Positions 1 to 13,012 of a stretch of DNA of 64,000 nucleotides are shown one piece after another (within the stretch, counting starts at the first letter, position 1; each line of letters starts with the position of its first letter). The stretch is taken from the NCBI RefSeq assembly GCF_004010195.1, contig NC_057751.1:13275659-13339658 (forward strand), given 5' to 3'. The notes beneath the pieces are model-generated. The model was not told the origin of the DNA. It saw only the letters and a program-made list of their open reading frames with translations, and ran no database searches. A program made the position numbers and the translations under genes. Origin of the DNA: Chiloscyllium plagiosum. Its lineage: Eukaryota.

Positions 1-39
1 ATATTGCCTCTTTTGAATTTTTAAAAATATTTGAAATTG

Positions 40-400
40 CATCACAGCCACTGAAGTGAGTCATTCTTTTAGTATTTGGAGAAACAGCACCAATTTGCAC
101 ACAACACTGGTCTGTGAACACTGAGATAAATGAGAAATTTACTGCACTTTAATGTTTGTAGAGGGATAAATGTCAGCCAAGCCCCTCAAGAACTTATTGA
201 CTGTTCTCCAAATGTGCCATGGGATCCTTTATGTTGACTGAAGACAGCCAACAAAGTGTTGGTAAAATGTTTCATCAAAAAGATACTGCACCTCTTCCTT
301 GGCACAGTGCTGAAATATTCATTCTGATTGTTAAAACCTCTCAAGTTGTTCGGGAACTTACGATCAACCAACTCAACAGCACTGAACCAAGACTGTCAAT
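40..400 (-). mobile_element. Old DeuSINE (SacSINE1-like) SINE copy
   Basis: Reverse complement contains GGATCCCATGGCACATTTGGAG, CATTTATCCCTC and TTGTGTGCAAATTGG, resembling the Deu-domain body of shark SacSINE1 as I recall it; heavily diverged. Confidence 0.55.
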
Positions 401-494
401 TTAGCTGCCTTCTCTCAATATGGGACTGTAACAGCAATGAAAAATGACAATTGTAAATGCATTCTTGTATTAAAATTTTGTGAACTAAACCAAC

Positions 495-645
495 CTCTTT
501 AGGGTTGTCCCCCAGGAGTCTAAACTTTCGAGGATGCTTGCTGCGGGCATATTTGCATCCGTTGAAGTACATGCTCCAAGAACAGCCAAAGGAAAAGGAA
601 GCACCACAGGTCTCAGGATCCTTTCCCTGACATGCACATGTGCGG
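495..645 (-). CDS. TET3: TET3 internal coding exon (151 bp), Cys-rich domain
   Basis: tttcag acceptor, gttggt donor. Translates (D)[65 protein letters not shown] and GDNPKE are TET3-type rather than TET1/2. Phase matches the 209-bp exon (GA+C=Asp). Confidence 0.96.
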
Positions 646-1032
646 CTGAAATGAAATTAAAATAAAACCAGTAACTATTAATCCTTTTAGCAGCTTCAGA
701 AATGGCGATCAAAAGATTTGTATGAATTGTTACATAGACTATACATATGGCCTGAACATTGATCATCTGTCATTGTAGGTTATTTCTTTTCATTATACTT
801 TTGGTTTCCAAAATTTGCACTGTAGATATTCAACAGAATAGATGCTAAAGTATGCAAGAATATTTTCGCATCTATCCTGTTGAATGAACTGCAACAATCA
901 ACTGAAAAAGTTGATTGAAAATAATTAATCCTGATATTACCCCTCTCTTTGACTTCTGTGCTGCAGGTCTCAGTTTTGGGATGCATTTACAATGCTTCAG
1001 TGTGAACTGGTTTCCTTTTTTTTTACAAATTG

Positions 1033-1274
1033 GTCAGGTGGTGGTATAATGCTACTGTCACTGGACTTGGAATACAGAACCCCAGGCTAATGTACTGGGG
1101 ACATAGGTTTGAATCCAACAGTGAAATGTAAATTCAAAAAAAGTTTTGAATACACACTTGAATTTACCGTCAACAACATAACTCATGTCAATTGTTGTAA
1201 AAACCTATCTAATTCACTAATCACTGTCCATGAGGGAAGTAATCCGCCATCCTTCCCTGTTCTGGCCTACATAG
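1033..1274 (+). mobile_element. tRNA-derived SINE (SlmI/MetaSINE-like), 5' half
   Basis: A-box-like tggtataatg, B-box ggtttgaatcc (1106-1116), central domain aaaacctatctaattcactaat...ctggcctacata; continues at 4242 after a CR1 insertion. Confidence 0.7.
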
Positions 1275-4241
1275 TTTGGCAGGGGGATGGGAACTGGAGG
1301 TACAGATCAGAGGCTGGTGAACAGGCGGATACAGCGTGCAGAGAGTCTGTGAGGAAGGGCAGACAGTTGATCGGGCAAAGTTGCAGTCAATGCAATGGGT
1401 TGAAGTCTATCTACTTTAATGCAAGATGTGTCAGGAATAAAGGTGATAAACTTAGAACGTGGATCAGTACTTGGAGCTACAATGCTGTGGCCATTGCAGA
1501 GACTTGGATGTCACAGGGGCAGGAATGGTTGTTGGATGTTCCAAGGTTTAGATGTTTCAAAAGGAGTAGGGAGAGAGGTAAAAGCGGCAGGGGAATGGCA
1601 TTACTAACCAAGGATAGTATCACTGCTGCAGAAAGGGAGGTCATCAAGGAGGGTTGGTCTATTGAGTCAGTGTGGGTGGAAGTCAGAAATAGGAAAGGAC
1701 TAGTCACTTTATTGGGAATTTTCTATAGAGCCTCCCAATAGCAAAGAGACATGACAGGTCAGATTGGGAGGCAGATTTTGGAAAGGTGCAGAAGTAACAG
1801 AGTTTTGTCATGGTTAACTTCGACTAACCTAATATCGATCAAAACCTCCTTCGTGCAAATAGTTTGAATGGAGCAGATTTTGTCAGGTGTGTCCATGAAG
1901 GATTCCTGACTTAATGTGTAGATATGTTGACTGGAGGGGAAGCATTATTGGATTTGGTGCTTGGCAACAAACCAGATCAGGTGTCAAATCCCTCAGTGGG
2001 AGAGCATTTCTGTTAGAGTCATCACAACTCCCTGACCTTTACTATAGTCATGGAGAGGGAAAGGAGCAGACGGTATGGGAAAGTAATTGGGGGAAGGAGA
2101 ATTACAACACTCTTAGACAGGAACTGTGGAACATAAATTGGGAGCAGTTATTCTCAGGGAAGTGCACAATAGAAATATAGAGGTTGTTTGGGGAGCACTT
2201 GCTGCGAGTGCTGGATAGGTTTGTCACACTGAGGCAAGGAAGGGATGGTAAGGTGAAAGAACCTTGAAGGACAAGAGATGTGGAGCATCTAGTCAAAAGG
2301 AAGGAGGAAGTTAACTTAAAGTTGAGGAAGCAAGGATCAGACAGGGCTCTAGAGGGTTACAAGGTCGCCAGGAAGGAACTTAGGAGAGCAAGAAACCAGC
2401 GTGAAAAAGCCTTGGGGGTAGGATTTAAGAGAAAAAGCCTTGGTGGGTGGGATTAAGGAAAATCCCAAGCTATCCTACACTTATGTAAGGAACAAGAGAA
2501 TGGCCAGAGTGAGGGTAGGGCCAGTCAGTGATAGTGGAGGGAACTTGTGCGTGGACTCAGAGGAGGTAGGGGAAGTATTTAATGAATACTTTGCTTCAGT
2601 ATTCACTAGTGAGAGGGACCTTGTCATTTGTGAGGAGAGCGTGAGACAGACTGATATGCTCGAACTGGTTGATGTTTTGAAGGAGGATGTGCTGGAAATT
2701 TTGAAAAACGAGAGGATGGATGAGTCCTCTGGGCCAGACAGGATGTATCCTAGGCTACTACAGGAAGCGAGGGAAGGGACTGCACCTTTGATGATCATCT
2801 TTGCGTTCTCACTGTCCGCTGGAGTAGTACCAGATGATTGGAGGGTGGCAAATGTTATTCCCTTGTTCAAGAAAGGGAATAGGGACAACCATGGGAATTA
2901 CAGACCAGTCACTCTTAACGTTTGCAGTGGGCAAATTATTGGAGAGAGGATTCCGAGAGATATGATGATTATTTAGAAAAGCATAGCTTGATTAGAGATA
3001 GTCAGCATCAGCAGGGGCAGGACATGCCTGACAGCCGTATTGAATTTTTTGAGGATGTGACAAAATACATTGATGAAGGTAGAGCAGTGGATGTGGTGGA
3101 AATGGATTTTAGCAAGGCGTTTGATAAGGTTCCCCATGGTAGACTCATTCAGAAAGTAAGAAGGCATGGGATGCAGGGAAATTTGGCTGTTGGATATAGA
3201 ATTGGTTGGCCCAGAGAAGACAAAGGATGATAGGAGATGGAAAGTATACAGCCTGGAGCTTGGTGACCAGTGCTGTTCCGCAGGGATCTGTTCAGGGACT
3301 TCTGCTCTTTGACATTTTTATAAATCACTTGGATGAGGAAGTGGAAGGGTGGGTTAGTAAGTGTGCCTCTGCCATGAAGGTTGTTGGAGTTGTAGATAGT
3401 GTGGAGGGTTGCAACGGGACATTGACAGGATGCAGAGCTGGACTGAGAGTGGTAGATGGATTTAAATCTGGGAAAGTATTAAGCAATTCATTTTGGAAGG
3501 CTGAATTTGAATGCAGACTACAGGGTTAAAGGCAGGATTCTTGGCAGTATGGAGGAACAGAGGAATCCTGGGGTCCAGGTCCATAGATCCTTCAAAGTTG
3601 CCATTCAAGGTGATAGGGTTGTTCAGAAGGTGTATGGTGTGTTGGCTTTCATTAGCAGGGGGATTGAGTTTAAGAGCCACAAGGTTATGTAGCAGCTCTA
3701 TAAAGTCATGGTTCGACCACACTTGGAGTATAGTGTACAGTTCTAGTCGCCTCATTATAGGAGAATGTGGAAGCCTTAGGGAGGATACAAAGGAGATTTA
3801 CCAGGATGTTGCCTGGATGGGAAGGCATGTCTTATGAAGAAAGGTTGAGGGAGGTGGGGCTTTTCTCATTGGAACAAAGAAGCATGGGAGCTGACTTAGC
3901 AGAAGTGTACAAGACGATGAGAGGCATAGATAGTGTGTACAGCCAGAGACATTTTCCCAAGGCAGAAATGGCTATCACAAGGGGCATAATTTTCAGGTGA
4001 TTGGAGGAATGTTTAGGTCATAGGTAGGTTCTTTACAGACAGTGGTGGGTGCGTGGAATGCATTGCCAACGTTGGTAGTAGAGTCAGATACATTAGGTAC
4101 ATTTAAGCGACTCGTGCATCGGGACATGGGATGATAGTAAGATGTAGGGTACATAGGTTACTTTGATCTTAGAATAGGAAAAGAGATCGGCACAACAATG
4201 AGAGCCGAAGAGTCTGTTCTGCACTGTACTGTTCTATATAT
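1275..4241 (+). mobile_element. CR1 LINE, degenerate ORF2 (APE endonuclease + RT)
   Basis: ORF fragments IYFNAR..AIAETW (EN), WRVANVIPLFKKG..NYRPV, MDFSKAFDKVPH, VPQGSV; CR1 3' tail ending ctgtactgttctat; many stops/frameshifts. Confidence 0.93.
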
Positions 4242-4335
4242 TCCAGATCCACAACAATGTGACTGATGCTTATCTGCAGAGTGGGCAGTAAATTCTGGCC
4301 CTGCCAACAATAACCACATAACGTGAACAAATTTT
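4242..4335 (+). mobile_element. tRNA-derived SINE, 3' half (continuation of 1033-1274)
   Basis: ccagatccacaacaatgtg...gggcagtaaattctggcc...cacataacgtgaa resumes the SINE where it broke off; same tail as 21570-21697 and 44400-44460. Confidence 0.65.
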
Positions 4336-5042
4336 CAAAAATACTACACTTATAAAAGCAGATTACTTAGGATTTTATAGGAGTAAGTGATGAAAGTAAT
4401 TAATTTGAGCTCCCAGAGTACTTTTGGCCTTGCACAAGCAGCACAAAAGCAACAGGTCTTGGCACAGTGCAGCAAATCACAGGCTGTAAAGTTGGACGTT
4501 TGATGAGTAGGGTAATTTGTTGCAGGATGTGATCTAAAATAGATTTAAAAAATGAACTAACAGTAATATGTAACAAATGGGTGGCTAGTGAGGGCGGTGG
4601 AACTTCATAGGTTTCAAGTAGCATGACAGGGAAAGTCACACACTAGTGACTGCAGCTTCTGAGGTCACAAGGAAACAAGTAAGGGATTGCTTCGTGAGTA
4701 TTTGGTTTGTTTCTTTCAAAATTGTAATTCCATACTGTAAGGAAGCTCTAGTGAAAAAACAATAACATCACAGCAAAGTTGAAGTTTATTGTTCACTGAG
4801 TGCCTTCGAAAAGTGTCTGTGGCAAATAGTTAGAGTAATTCATTCCCATTAAGAAAAATATGTAAACAGCTGGAGTATAACAATGTATAAGTTTTGCATA
4901 ACTTGCAAGTTATCTCCTTTATCGGTACAGAAGGAGGAGGTAATTGGAAAGAATGAGCAACTCGACTTTTTAATCTGTCATTTTATGGTAAATAGTCTTC
5001 ATGTATGTTTATGATATGACAGGGCAGCTCAGCCAATGCAAT

Positions 5043-5545
5043 TATCATGAAATGTGCCTTTAAGAAGCATTTGTTCTGTCAGGTTTCTCTTGAAGAGGGG
5101 CATTATAAATCTGGTGCGAGGTATCTGCTCCTTGGAAGACAGAGTGAGTAGCTTTGGGTATTGTTTAAAATAGAGCGTGAGTGGGTTAAGTCATGCTCAC
5201 ACAGACCCAAGGTTTTAGTTTTTGCGTTCAGTGGTTGAAATTGAGGTTTTCGAATTGAAGGTGGTACTGTAAAAAGCTTGATTCTGTCTCTACTATTAGA
5301 TTCATTCCATTGGTGTTCCTTCTTCTGGACTAGAGAAGATAGTAAGTGAAAAAAAATGTTTTGTTGAATTTTCCTTTTCCAAAGGATGCATTTATATGAG
5401 GCTGCTGCCTGGAATGGTTGATGAGTAATAGTAAAATAATGTTATTTTGTTAAGTATCTCAATACAGTTAAAGTTGTAACAATTCTTCTTTTTTCTTTCT
5501 ATTTTAACTCTGATGTCAAAAATAGAGTGTCTTTTGCTTAAAGCC
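5043..5545 (+). repeat. 5' LTR (3'-truncated) of the Gmr1-like element
   Basis: Aligns to 10982 onward, e.g. shared aaatgtgcctt, aaatctggtgc and gctcacacagacccaaggttttagtttttgc; visibly diverged. Confidence 0.8.
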
Positions 5546-6568
5546 TTTGCAGGAGGCTGGGTTTAGGATTATTAGACTCAAAAATAGTGAAGAGTGAATG
5601 TTGGTGTTCTCTTTTCAGGTGCTGCATTTGGATGGTTTAAATAGGTTGTCCTTATGTAATAATGGCTGTTTCAGTGGCCAAGAGTTTCTTGGGTGCAGAA
5701 GAAGTGTGGTTTACAAAAGATAAGCAAGGCAAAGCTTTCAGAATTGGTGGACAAGCTGGAGCTAAGGTTGCCTTTGTCATAAGCAAAGGGGAAGTAGTTG
5801 CAGCAATAGACAGCATTTACAATTGCCAGAAATGCAAATGCAATTATTGAAAATAGATAAAATTCAATTGCATAAAACAGCTTGACTATGGAAAGGAAAT
5901 GGAAGAGTTTAAATTATAATTGAAAGCAGAAAAATAAAAAGAAAGAATAGCCTGAGTAGAAGAACAGGATCAAGAGAGAGAAGGAAGAGATAGAGAGAAA
6001 AAAGGGAGAAAGAGAGAACTTTTGAACTTCAGATGTTGGAACTGAAAAGTGAAACTCAACTTAAAATGACAGATGTAGAGGTCTAAGGTGGGAGTAGTGA
6101 TGACAATCGTGAAGAAGAGCAAACCCATTGTAGCCAAAGGCAGGGTGGGGATCTGTTTCTGTCCAAGCATTGCCAACGTTCAATAAGAAGCAAGTAGAAG
6201 CCTTTTACATTTCATTTGAGAAAATGTCTAAACAAATGAAACTGCCACTGGCCATGTGAGTATTATTGATTCAAACAAAATTGGTAGGTACAGCTGGTGA
6301 GCTGCTTGCATCACTATCAAGGAGGCACCTGGGGAGTATGAGAAGGAGAAAAAAAGCCATCTTATGTGCATATGAACTGCTGCCAGAAGCCAATATTTTC
6401 AGAATCAACGGAGGGAACCTTGGGAAATACACATCCGAGTTTGAAAGGATCAAACAAAGTAACTTTGGTAGGTGGATAAGGGCACTGGAAATAGTTCAGA
6501 CATATGACTAGAGTGACTGTTATTTTGGAGGGGTTCAAAAATTCACTTTCTGACATACTGAGAATTCA

Positions 6569-6664
6569 TTCCTGAAGAAGGGCCTGTGCCCGAAACGTCG
6601 AATCTCCTGTTCCCTGGATGCTGCCTGACCTGCTGTGCTGTTCCAGCAATAAAGTTTCAACTCA
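6569..6664 (+). ncRNA. PLE-derived 96-bp insertion carrying a minimal type I hammerhead ribozyme
   Basis: ATTC-CTGAAGA-A-GGGC(CTGT)GCCC-GAAA-CG-TC-GAAT at 6568-6603; flanked by direct repeat atactgagaattca (6555-6568 and 6665-6678). Confidence 0.75.
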
Positions 6665-6678
6665 ATACTGAGAATTCA

Positions 6679-7499
6679 CAACAGTGGAGCCGCAAGTGGA
6701 CAGGGTAATGAAGGCGGCTTTTGGTACACTTGCCTTTATTGACCACTGTATTGAGGATAGGAGTTGGGAAGTCCTGATACAACTGTACATTGGTTCAGCC
6801 ACTTTTTGAACAGTGCATTCAGTTCTGGTCTCTCTGCTACAGGAAAGATGTTGTGAAACTTGAAAGGGTTCAGAAAATATTTACAAGGATGTTGCCAGGA
6901 TTGGTGGGCTTGAGGTAGAGGGAGAGGCAGAAGAGGCTGTGGCTATTTTCCCCAGAACATCAGAGGCTGAGGGGTGACCTTATAGAAGTTTATAAAATCA
7001 TGAGGGGCACGGATAGGATGAATAGTCAAGGTCCAAAACTAGAGGACATAGGTTTAAGTGAAAGGAGAAAGGTTTAAAAGGAACCTAAGGGACAACATTT
7101 TCGTGCAGAGGATGGTGTGTGTTTGGAATCAGCTGTCAGAGAAGGTGATGGAAGCTGGTATAATTACATTTAAAAGGCATCTGGATGTGTATACGAATAG
7201 GAAGGATTTAGATTAGATTAGATTAGATTACTTACAGTGTGGAAACAGGCCCTTCGGCCCAACAAGTCCACACCACCCCCCCCGAAGCGCAACCCACCCA
7301 TACCCCCTACATTTACCCTTTACCTAACACTAGGGGCAATTTAGCATGGCCAATTCACCTGACCTGCACATCTTTGGACTGTGGGAGGGCTATAAGGCCA
7401 AATGCTGCCAAATGGGTCTAGGTTAATTTAGAATATCTAGTTGGCACAGGTGAATTTAACTGAAGGGTTTTTTCTGTGCTATGCATCTCTATGACTCTA
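6679..7499 (+). mobile_element. CR1 3' fragment inserted in Gypsy gag
   Basis: RT C-terminal sequence (cagttctggtct.., ctgaggggtgaccttatagaag) and ctctatgactcta tail; gag resumes at about 7500. Confidence 0.85.
7210..7389 (-). mobile_element. HE1-like SINE, 5'-truncated
   Basis: (gatta)n tail, cagtgtggaaacaggcccttcggccc, gcaatttagcatggccaattcacct. Confidence 0.85.
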
Positions 7500-8123
7500 A
7501 GTAGAAGAGCAGAGAGTTAAAACTAGCAGAATTGGCAGATGATTATGGGTTAGTTCATAAATCAAAGTTTGACATCTGACATCAAGTTCAATCTGTGAAG
7601 GATAGAATTGGGTAAAAGGGAAATCCTAAGGTGAGAAGGGAAAGGAAATCTCATTTAAGATAGTTTACCATAGGGTAAAAAGGAAACCTTTGAGGGCTGG
7701 GAGGGGGGGGGAAACAGAAGTAAAAAAGCTCAAGTGTTTTCATTACAATAAATTAGGATACATGAGTCACCATGTTGGTGATTTAAAAAAAGCACTGGGA
7801 AGATGGATATGGGAAAACTGAATAAGCCAGTGGGTTTTGTTAAAATGGTAAAGGAAAGCACACAAGGAATTAAAAAGCTGCAAAAGAATGTACAGCTAGT
7901 CAGGGGTTGGTTGAGAAGAAAGTGCCAAATCTCTTCAAAGAATTTACTTGCGTGGGTAAGGTTTACTCATGTATGCCAGGAGTAGATAAAGAAATTAAGA
8001 TTTTAAAAGATATGAGGCAAGTCCATCTTTGATGCTGGGAGATGAGGAAATATTTAATCCAGAAGGAGTACTGCCAGAAAAATCTGAGGTGAGAAGAATA
8101 GTGTTTCATTATATAAAATGAGG

Positions 8124-8282
8124 TCTTCCGCCTAGGAACCCTCCAACCACAAGGGATGAACTCGGATTTCACCAGTTTCCTCATCTCCCCTCCCCCCACC
8201 TTGTCTCAGTCAAATCCATCGAACTCCAGCAACACATTTTCAGCTCTGATCTCCAGCATCTGCAGACCTCACTTTCTCCTCA
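8124..8282 (+). mobile_element. Penelope-like element 3' fragment
   Basis: ttccgcctaggaaccctccaaccacaagggatgaac (C-terminal LGTLQPxGxN-like) and end ctccagcatctgcag shared with other PLE ends. Confidence 0.65.
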
Positions 8283-10981
8283 AATATCCCAGAATATTAC
8301 CATTTTAAAAAGTCTTGATAAGGAAATGGAGACCATCACATATTCAGGCATGTGAAAAATAGGCAGAAGGTTTTCAAGTTGTATGCTGATGGGTTATAGA
8401 AAGGTGGTGTTGCGAGCAGCACGAGTTACCAGTAGGAGATCATTTGGGAATAAGGAAAACTCAAACTAAAAATACCAAAACATTTTTATTGGCCAGGACT
8501 GCATGAAGCTATGGTTGAATTTTGCAGGACAAGTCAGGTAAAAGACAAACCTTAGGCAGTGATAAATCCAGCACTCTTAATACCCATTCTAGTATTTAAG
8601 GAAGCTTTTACAAGAATCTCAGCTAATTACATTGGACTCCTACCTAAATCAACAAGTGGGAATCAGTATTTGTTGACAATAATGGATGTGTCTACCAAAT
8701 TTCCAGAGGCCATTACATTACACAGTATCATGGCTAAAAGGGTTGCAGAAGTGTTACTCAAATTTATTTATAAGATACAGACTACCCACAGAGAATCGAT
8801 CAGGTCAAGAATTAAATTTTAAATTTAAATTATTCAGGAAAATCATGAGTATCTTAGAAATAAAACAATTTAAATCTACTGTGTACCATCCAGAATCACA
8901 GAGAGCATTAGAATGGTGGCATCAAAGTTTGAAGATCACATTGAGGGCCGATAGTCAAGACAATCCAGAGGATTGGGATAAAGGAATTCCATCTGTACTT
9001 TTTGCAACTAGGGTTGCACCTTATGAATCAACTAAATTCAGTCCATTTGAATTAGTTTTGGGGCATGAGGCGAGAACCACAGAAATTAATTAAGGAAAAA
9101 TTGGAGTTAGAATTCAGAGACTACATATTTTGACCAGATGTCAAATTTTACAGAGAGATTAAATGGAGCCGGTGATTTGGCTGACAGCATTTAAAAGTAG
9201 CACAGCATACGATAAAACAGGAAGCAGACAAGAGATCCAAAATTTGTATATTTTGCAAGTGGAGACAAAAGTGTTAGTATTACGACAAGGGGTGAGTGAA
9301 CCTTTGAAGGCAAAGCTTCATGGGCTTTATCAAATTGAAAGAAAATTCAGTGAGTTGAATTGTTGATAAGATTGCCAAATAGAAGGAAATCATAGTGATT
9401 ATGTCATGTGAATAAACTCAAACAGTATTTTAATAGGGAAAAAAAGCAAAAGGAGAATGTGTCACTGGTTATAACTCAGAGTGAAGAACCAAATCCAGAT
9501 GATAGCGAATTTGACACTGCTCAAGTTAGATTAGACAATGAGGAAGTTCTCAAAAATTGGGATAAATTATTGAGTTACCTTCCAAAAGAAAATCAAAATT
9601 ACAATCACATGGAGAAATAGATGGGAATAAGCTGGGAAGTACTAAACTGATAATGCATAATGTAGACACAGTAAATGTTGTTCCAATTAAGCAACATCCT
9701 TATTGGCTTAACTGTCTAAAATTGGCACAGGTTTAAAAATAGATTGAAAACTTGCTTAGAGATGACATAAATGAAATGAGATGCAGTGTGGTAGACACAC
9801 GTGGTAATGATGCTGAAACCAGATGGTATACAATGATTATGTTTGGACTACTGCAAAGTCAATGTAGTTACCAAATCAGATTTGCACCCGATTCCACATT
9901 TGGAAAGCGGTATTGCAAAGGTGGGACAAGCAACTTATATTTCTAACTCAGAGGATAACGGCAGGTACTTTTGTCCAAAGCAGTGAAGGAAATTTTGGCT
10001 TTTATGGCACTGAGTGGACTTTACAAATTAAAATAATGCCATTTGGTGTGAAGAATGTTACAGCCACATTTCAAAGACTAAACAATAAGGCTATTTCAGG
10101 ATTACCAATTGTGTGGTGTAAAAGATGATCCAGTGATTCTTCATCCCACATTTGAAGCATCTAGTAGAATTATTCAATCAACTTCAGGAGGTGGGCTTAG
10201 TGATAAATCAGGCTAACAGTGAGTTCACAAAAGCCCATGTCACATTCCTAGGCCTTATCATTGGACATGGGCAGATGGCTTGAGAGGGTGTTTCTCATAC
10301 TATCAACAAAGATGGAAGTACTACAATTTCTGGGACTGAATGGGTTTTTTATCCAAAGTTCTGACCTGTTGAAGAAGTTGAAGATAATTTCAGTGAACAA
10401 AGGAGCCTCTGAAGGCATTTGACAGATTGAAAGCTGTGTTGATCACTGCTCCAGTGTTAGCAATACCTAACTATGCAAAGCCATTCAAGGTGGCTATCGA
10501 TGCAAGTCAAATGTGTCGGTCCTATACTCTTATAAGAAGACATGAGGATAGAAAGACTTATCGGGTATTTCTCCCAAAAGTTGAATACTCATCAAAAGAA
10601 AGATTCCGCACTTAGTAAAATACCTTGTGTTCACATTGCAATACTTCAACATTTATGTTGTCAGTAATGTATTTGAGACAATTGTATGTGCTGATCATGA
10701 ATTTTTCCAAAAATGTTAAGGGGTTAAGGATAAAAATACCAGACTGTTTGGATGAAATTTATTGTTACAGCCATTCAATTCAAAAATTGTGTGTGACACG
10801 ATAAGAGAACAAAATTGCTGACACTTTGTCACAACTTTGATGAAGAAAGCTGGGAGGTGGCAGAAGAAACAGACTGAAATGATTGTAGTATTGAATATTT
10901 GCATGTAATATATATACATTATGTAGTGAAACTAAATGAGGCCATCTTCGCATCTCAACGGCTCAATTTTAAAGGGAGAGG

Positions 10982-11597
10982 GGTGACAAAATGTGCCTTC
11001 AGGAGAGATTTTTTCTGTCCCATTTTTCTTGAAGAGAAATCTGGTGCTGAGGTGTCTTCTCTATGAAAAACAGAGTAAATAGTGTTGGGTTTGTTTAAAA
11101 TTAAGCATGAGTGGATAGAGTCAGGCTCACACAGACCCAAGGTTTTAGTTTTTGCTTTCTTTGGTTCAACTAGGGTTTCAAGAATTTAAGCTGCTTGATA
11201 CAGAAATGCTGTAAAAGCTCTAATTGTCTCTCTGTTGCTAAATTCATTCTGTTGGTGTTATTTCTCCTCAAGTAGAGGAGGTAGCAAGTGTTGGAAATCT
11301 GTTTTGCTGAATTTGCCTTTGGGATGCGGTGTTATATTGGAATGGTTGATGAGTAATAGTTGAATAATAAGTAATTTTGTTAAGTATTTCAACAGAGCTA
11401 AAATTATATCATTTCTTCTTTTTTGTTTCTATTTTAACTGTTGTGTAAGAATAAAGTGTGTTTTGTTTAAAGCTGAGTAGTTTGATCAATTGAATCATAT
11501 GTGAAAAGCACTTGCCTTTAAACAAGATAAATGTTCGGGTCTATGCTATCTCCTTGATATGTTTTGAGGTTGGTTTGGTCTGGTCTAAATCATAATG
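10982..11597 (+). repeat. 3' LTR of the Gmr1-like element
   Basis: Follows the polypurine tract; aligns to 5043-5545; contains aataaa and ends ggtctggtc..cataa. Confidence 0.8.
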
Positions 11598-11609
11598 TTC
11601 ACATGGCCT

Positions 11610-12320
11610 AAATGACCATGGACAGAAATTTGAACTCGAGGCTTTAGAAGTCGAGCGATCGTTGACATGGCTATGGTGTATCCACGAAGGTGAGAACTCC
11701 ATGAATAGCAAGTTTAAGAAGCCAGTCATACTGCAGGTTAAGAACATGAAGGCTAAAATGGAATGGCTGACCACCAGACAGTCTATGAGTATCAGGCAAG
11801 TAAAACCAGAGTCTCCTGAGTCTCTGTTGCTCAGGAACAAACATTCCATTTTGGATACTCGTGAAGGCGTACATGATGGTCTCTTTGTCAGAAATGTCGA
11901 GAGCTATGTTTGTGGCCCGATGAATGGATCAGCTGGGCATTGTGGATTGGGGAGAAGGAAGGAAAGTCAAAGGATAATATGAGCAATGATTATTTAGTGA
12001 ACAGACAGCTGTTTTTGCTGCATGAGACAATTCTTGGGTCATACGTTGCATCCCTGACATGAGGGTCAAGGATGTCACCAAGCAACTGCAAGAAATGGTT
12101 TTGGGGGAGGATGAACAGCAAGAGATTGTAATCCATCTTGGAACCAAAGACAAAAGGTTAAAAGAAGATTATTCACATGGTCATAAGTAAAGAAATATTA
12201 AGATTGAGAGAATGGACACATGAGAAATCGTGCAGGAGAGAGGGGTTCATATCAGGGCCACTGGGATTACTTCTTGGAAAATTTGACCTCGAAAGAGGGT
12301 CTCAATAGAGTCGGAAACTT
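11610..12320 (+). mobile_element. CR1 ORF1 remnant (SGNH esterase-type)
   Basis: EWLTTRQ..QVKPESPESLLLRNKHSILDT and ..RVKDVTKQLQ..GEDEQQEIVIHLGTKD (GTND-like motif). Confidence 0.65.
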
Positions 12321-12324
12321 AAGT

Positions 12325-12727
12325 GAATGTCTACTGGCTGCTACTTTCTCCGAATTTTCTTTTGATTTTTTTTTGTTTCCTCCTGGATGGGAGAACTGTA
12401 TGTGATAATCTGTTCTGAATTTTTTTTTGTGCCAAAGGGAGTGTTTATGAGTTGTGACTATATTGGAACAGTTAATTAGTAGCAGTTCCTGTATCCATTA
12501 TTGTGTGAAGTTTTCCAATAGAGTTAAGATATTCTAAATTCCTCTTTCTTTGGTTGTATTTTAATTACAGTGTTTAAGTAAATTGTGTTTTGCATAAAGT
12601 CAAGTAGTTTGACCAGTCACATTGCATCTGGAACAGACAATTTACACTCACCTTTAAAATAAGAAAACTTTAAGGTCTGGGCTACCTTCTTCAAATATTT
12701 TTGAGGGGCCTGGTCTGGTCCATAGCA
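12325..12727 (+). repeat. Partial solo LTR related to the Gypsy LTRs
   Basis: Similar 3' organisation to 11300-11597 (gtagtttgacca..; ggtctggtccatagca end). Confidence 0.6.
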
Positions 12728-12819
12728 ATATAACAAGGCTAATGAATGATTTCAAACCACATGTAAATTGAATAAATCTAATTAATATCATTACTGTGGA
12801 GGATGAGTTCCTGTAACAG

Positions 12820-13012
12820 TGAGGTGGTGGCCCAGTGGTATTATTGCTACACTATTAATCCACCAACCCAGGTTTCAATCCTGCTCTGGCAAATGGTGGA
12901 ATTTGAATTCAAAAGAAATCTAGAATTCAGTGTCTAATAATGACGATGGAACCATGTGCAATTGTCACAAAAAACATCTGGTTCACTAATATCCTATTGG
13001 GGAGCAAACTTC
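12820..13012 (+). mobile_element. tRNA-derived SINE (SlmI/MetaSINE-like), 5' half
   Basis: A box tggcccagtgg (12828-12838), B box ggtttcaatcc (12871-12881), domain catctggttcactaat. Confidence 0.7.

Larger units (their letters stand above)
5043..11597 (+). mobile_element. Ty3/Gypsy LTR retrotransposon, Gmr1-like (gag-PR-INT-RT-RH), degenerate
   Basis: gag (IQTKLVG..KKAILCAYELLPEA), integrase 8330-9400 (GLLPKSTSGNQYLLTIMD..FPEAI; VYHPESQRALE), then RT (MPFGVKNVTATFQRL) and RNase H (LITAPVLAIPNYAKPFKVAIDAS); PPT aaagggagagg at 10971; related LTRs at both ends. Confidence 0.9.
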
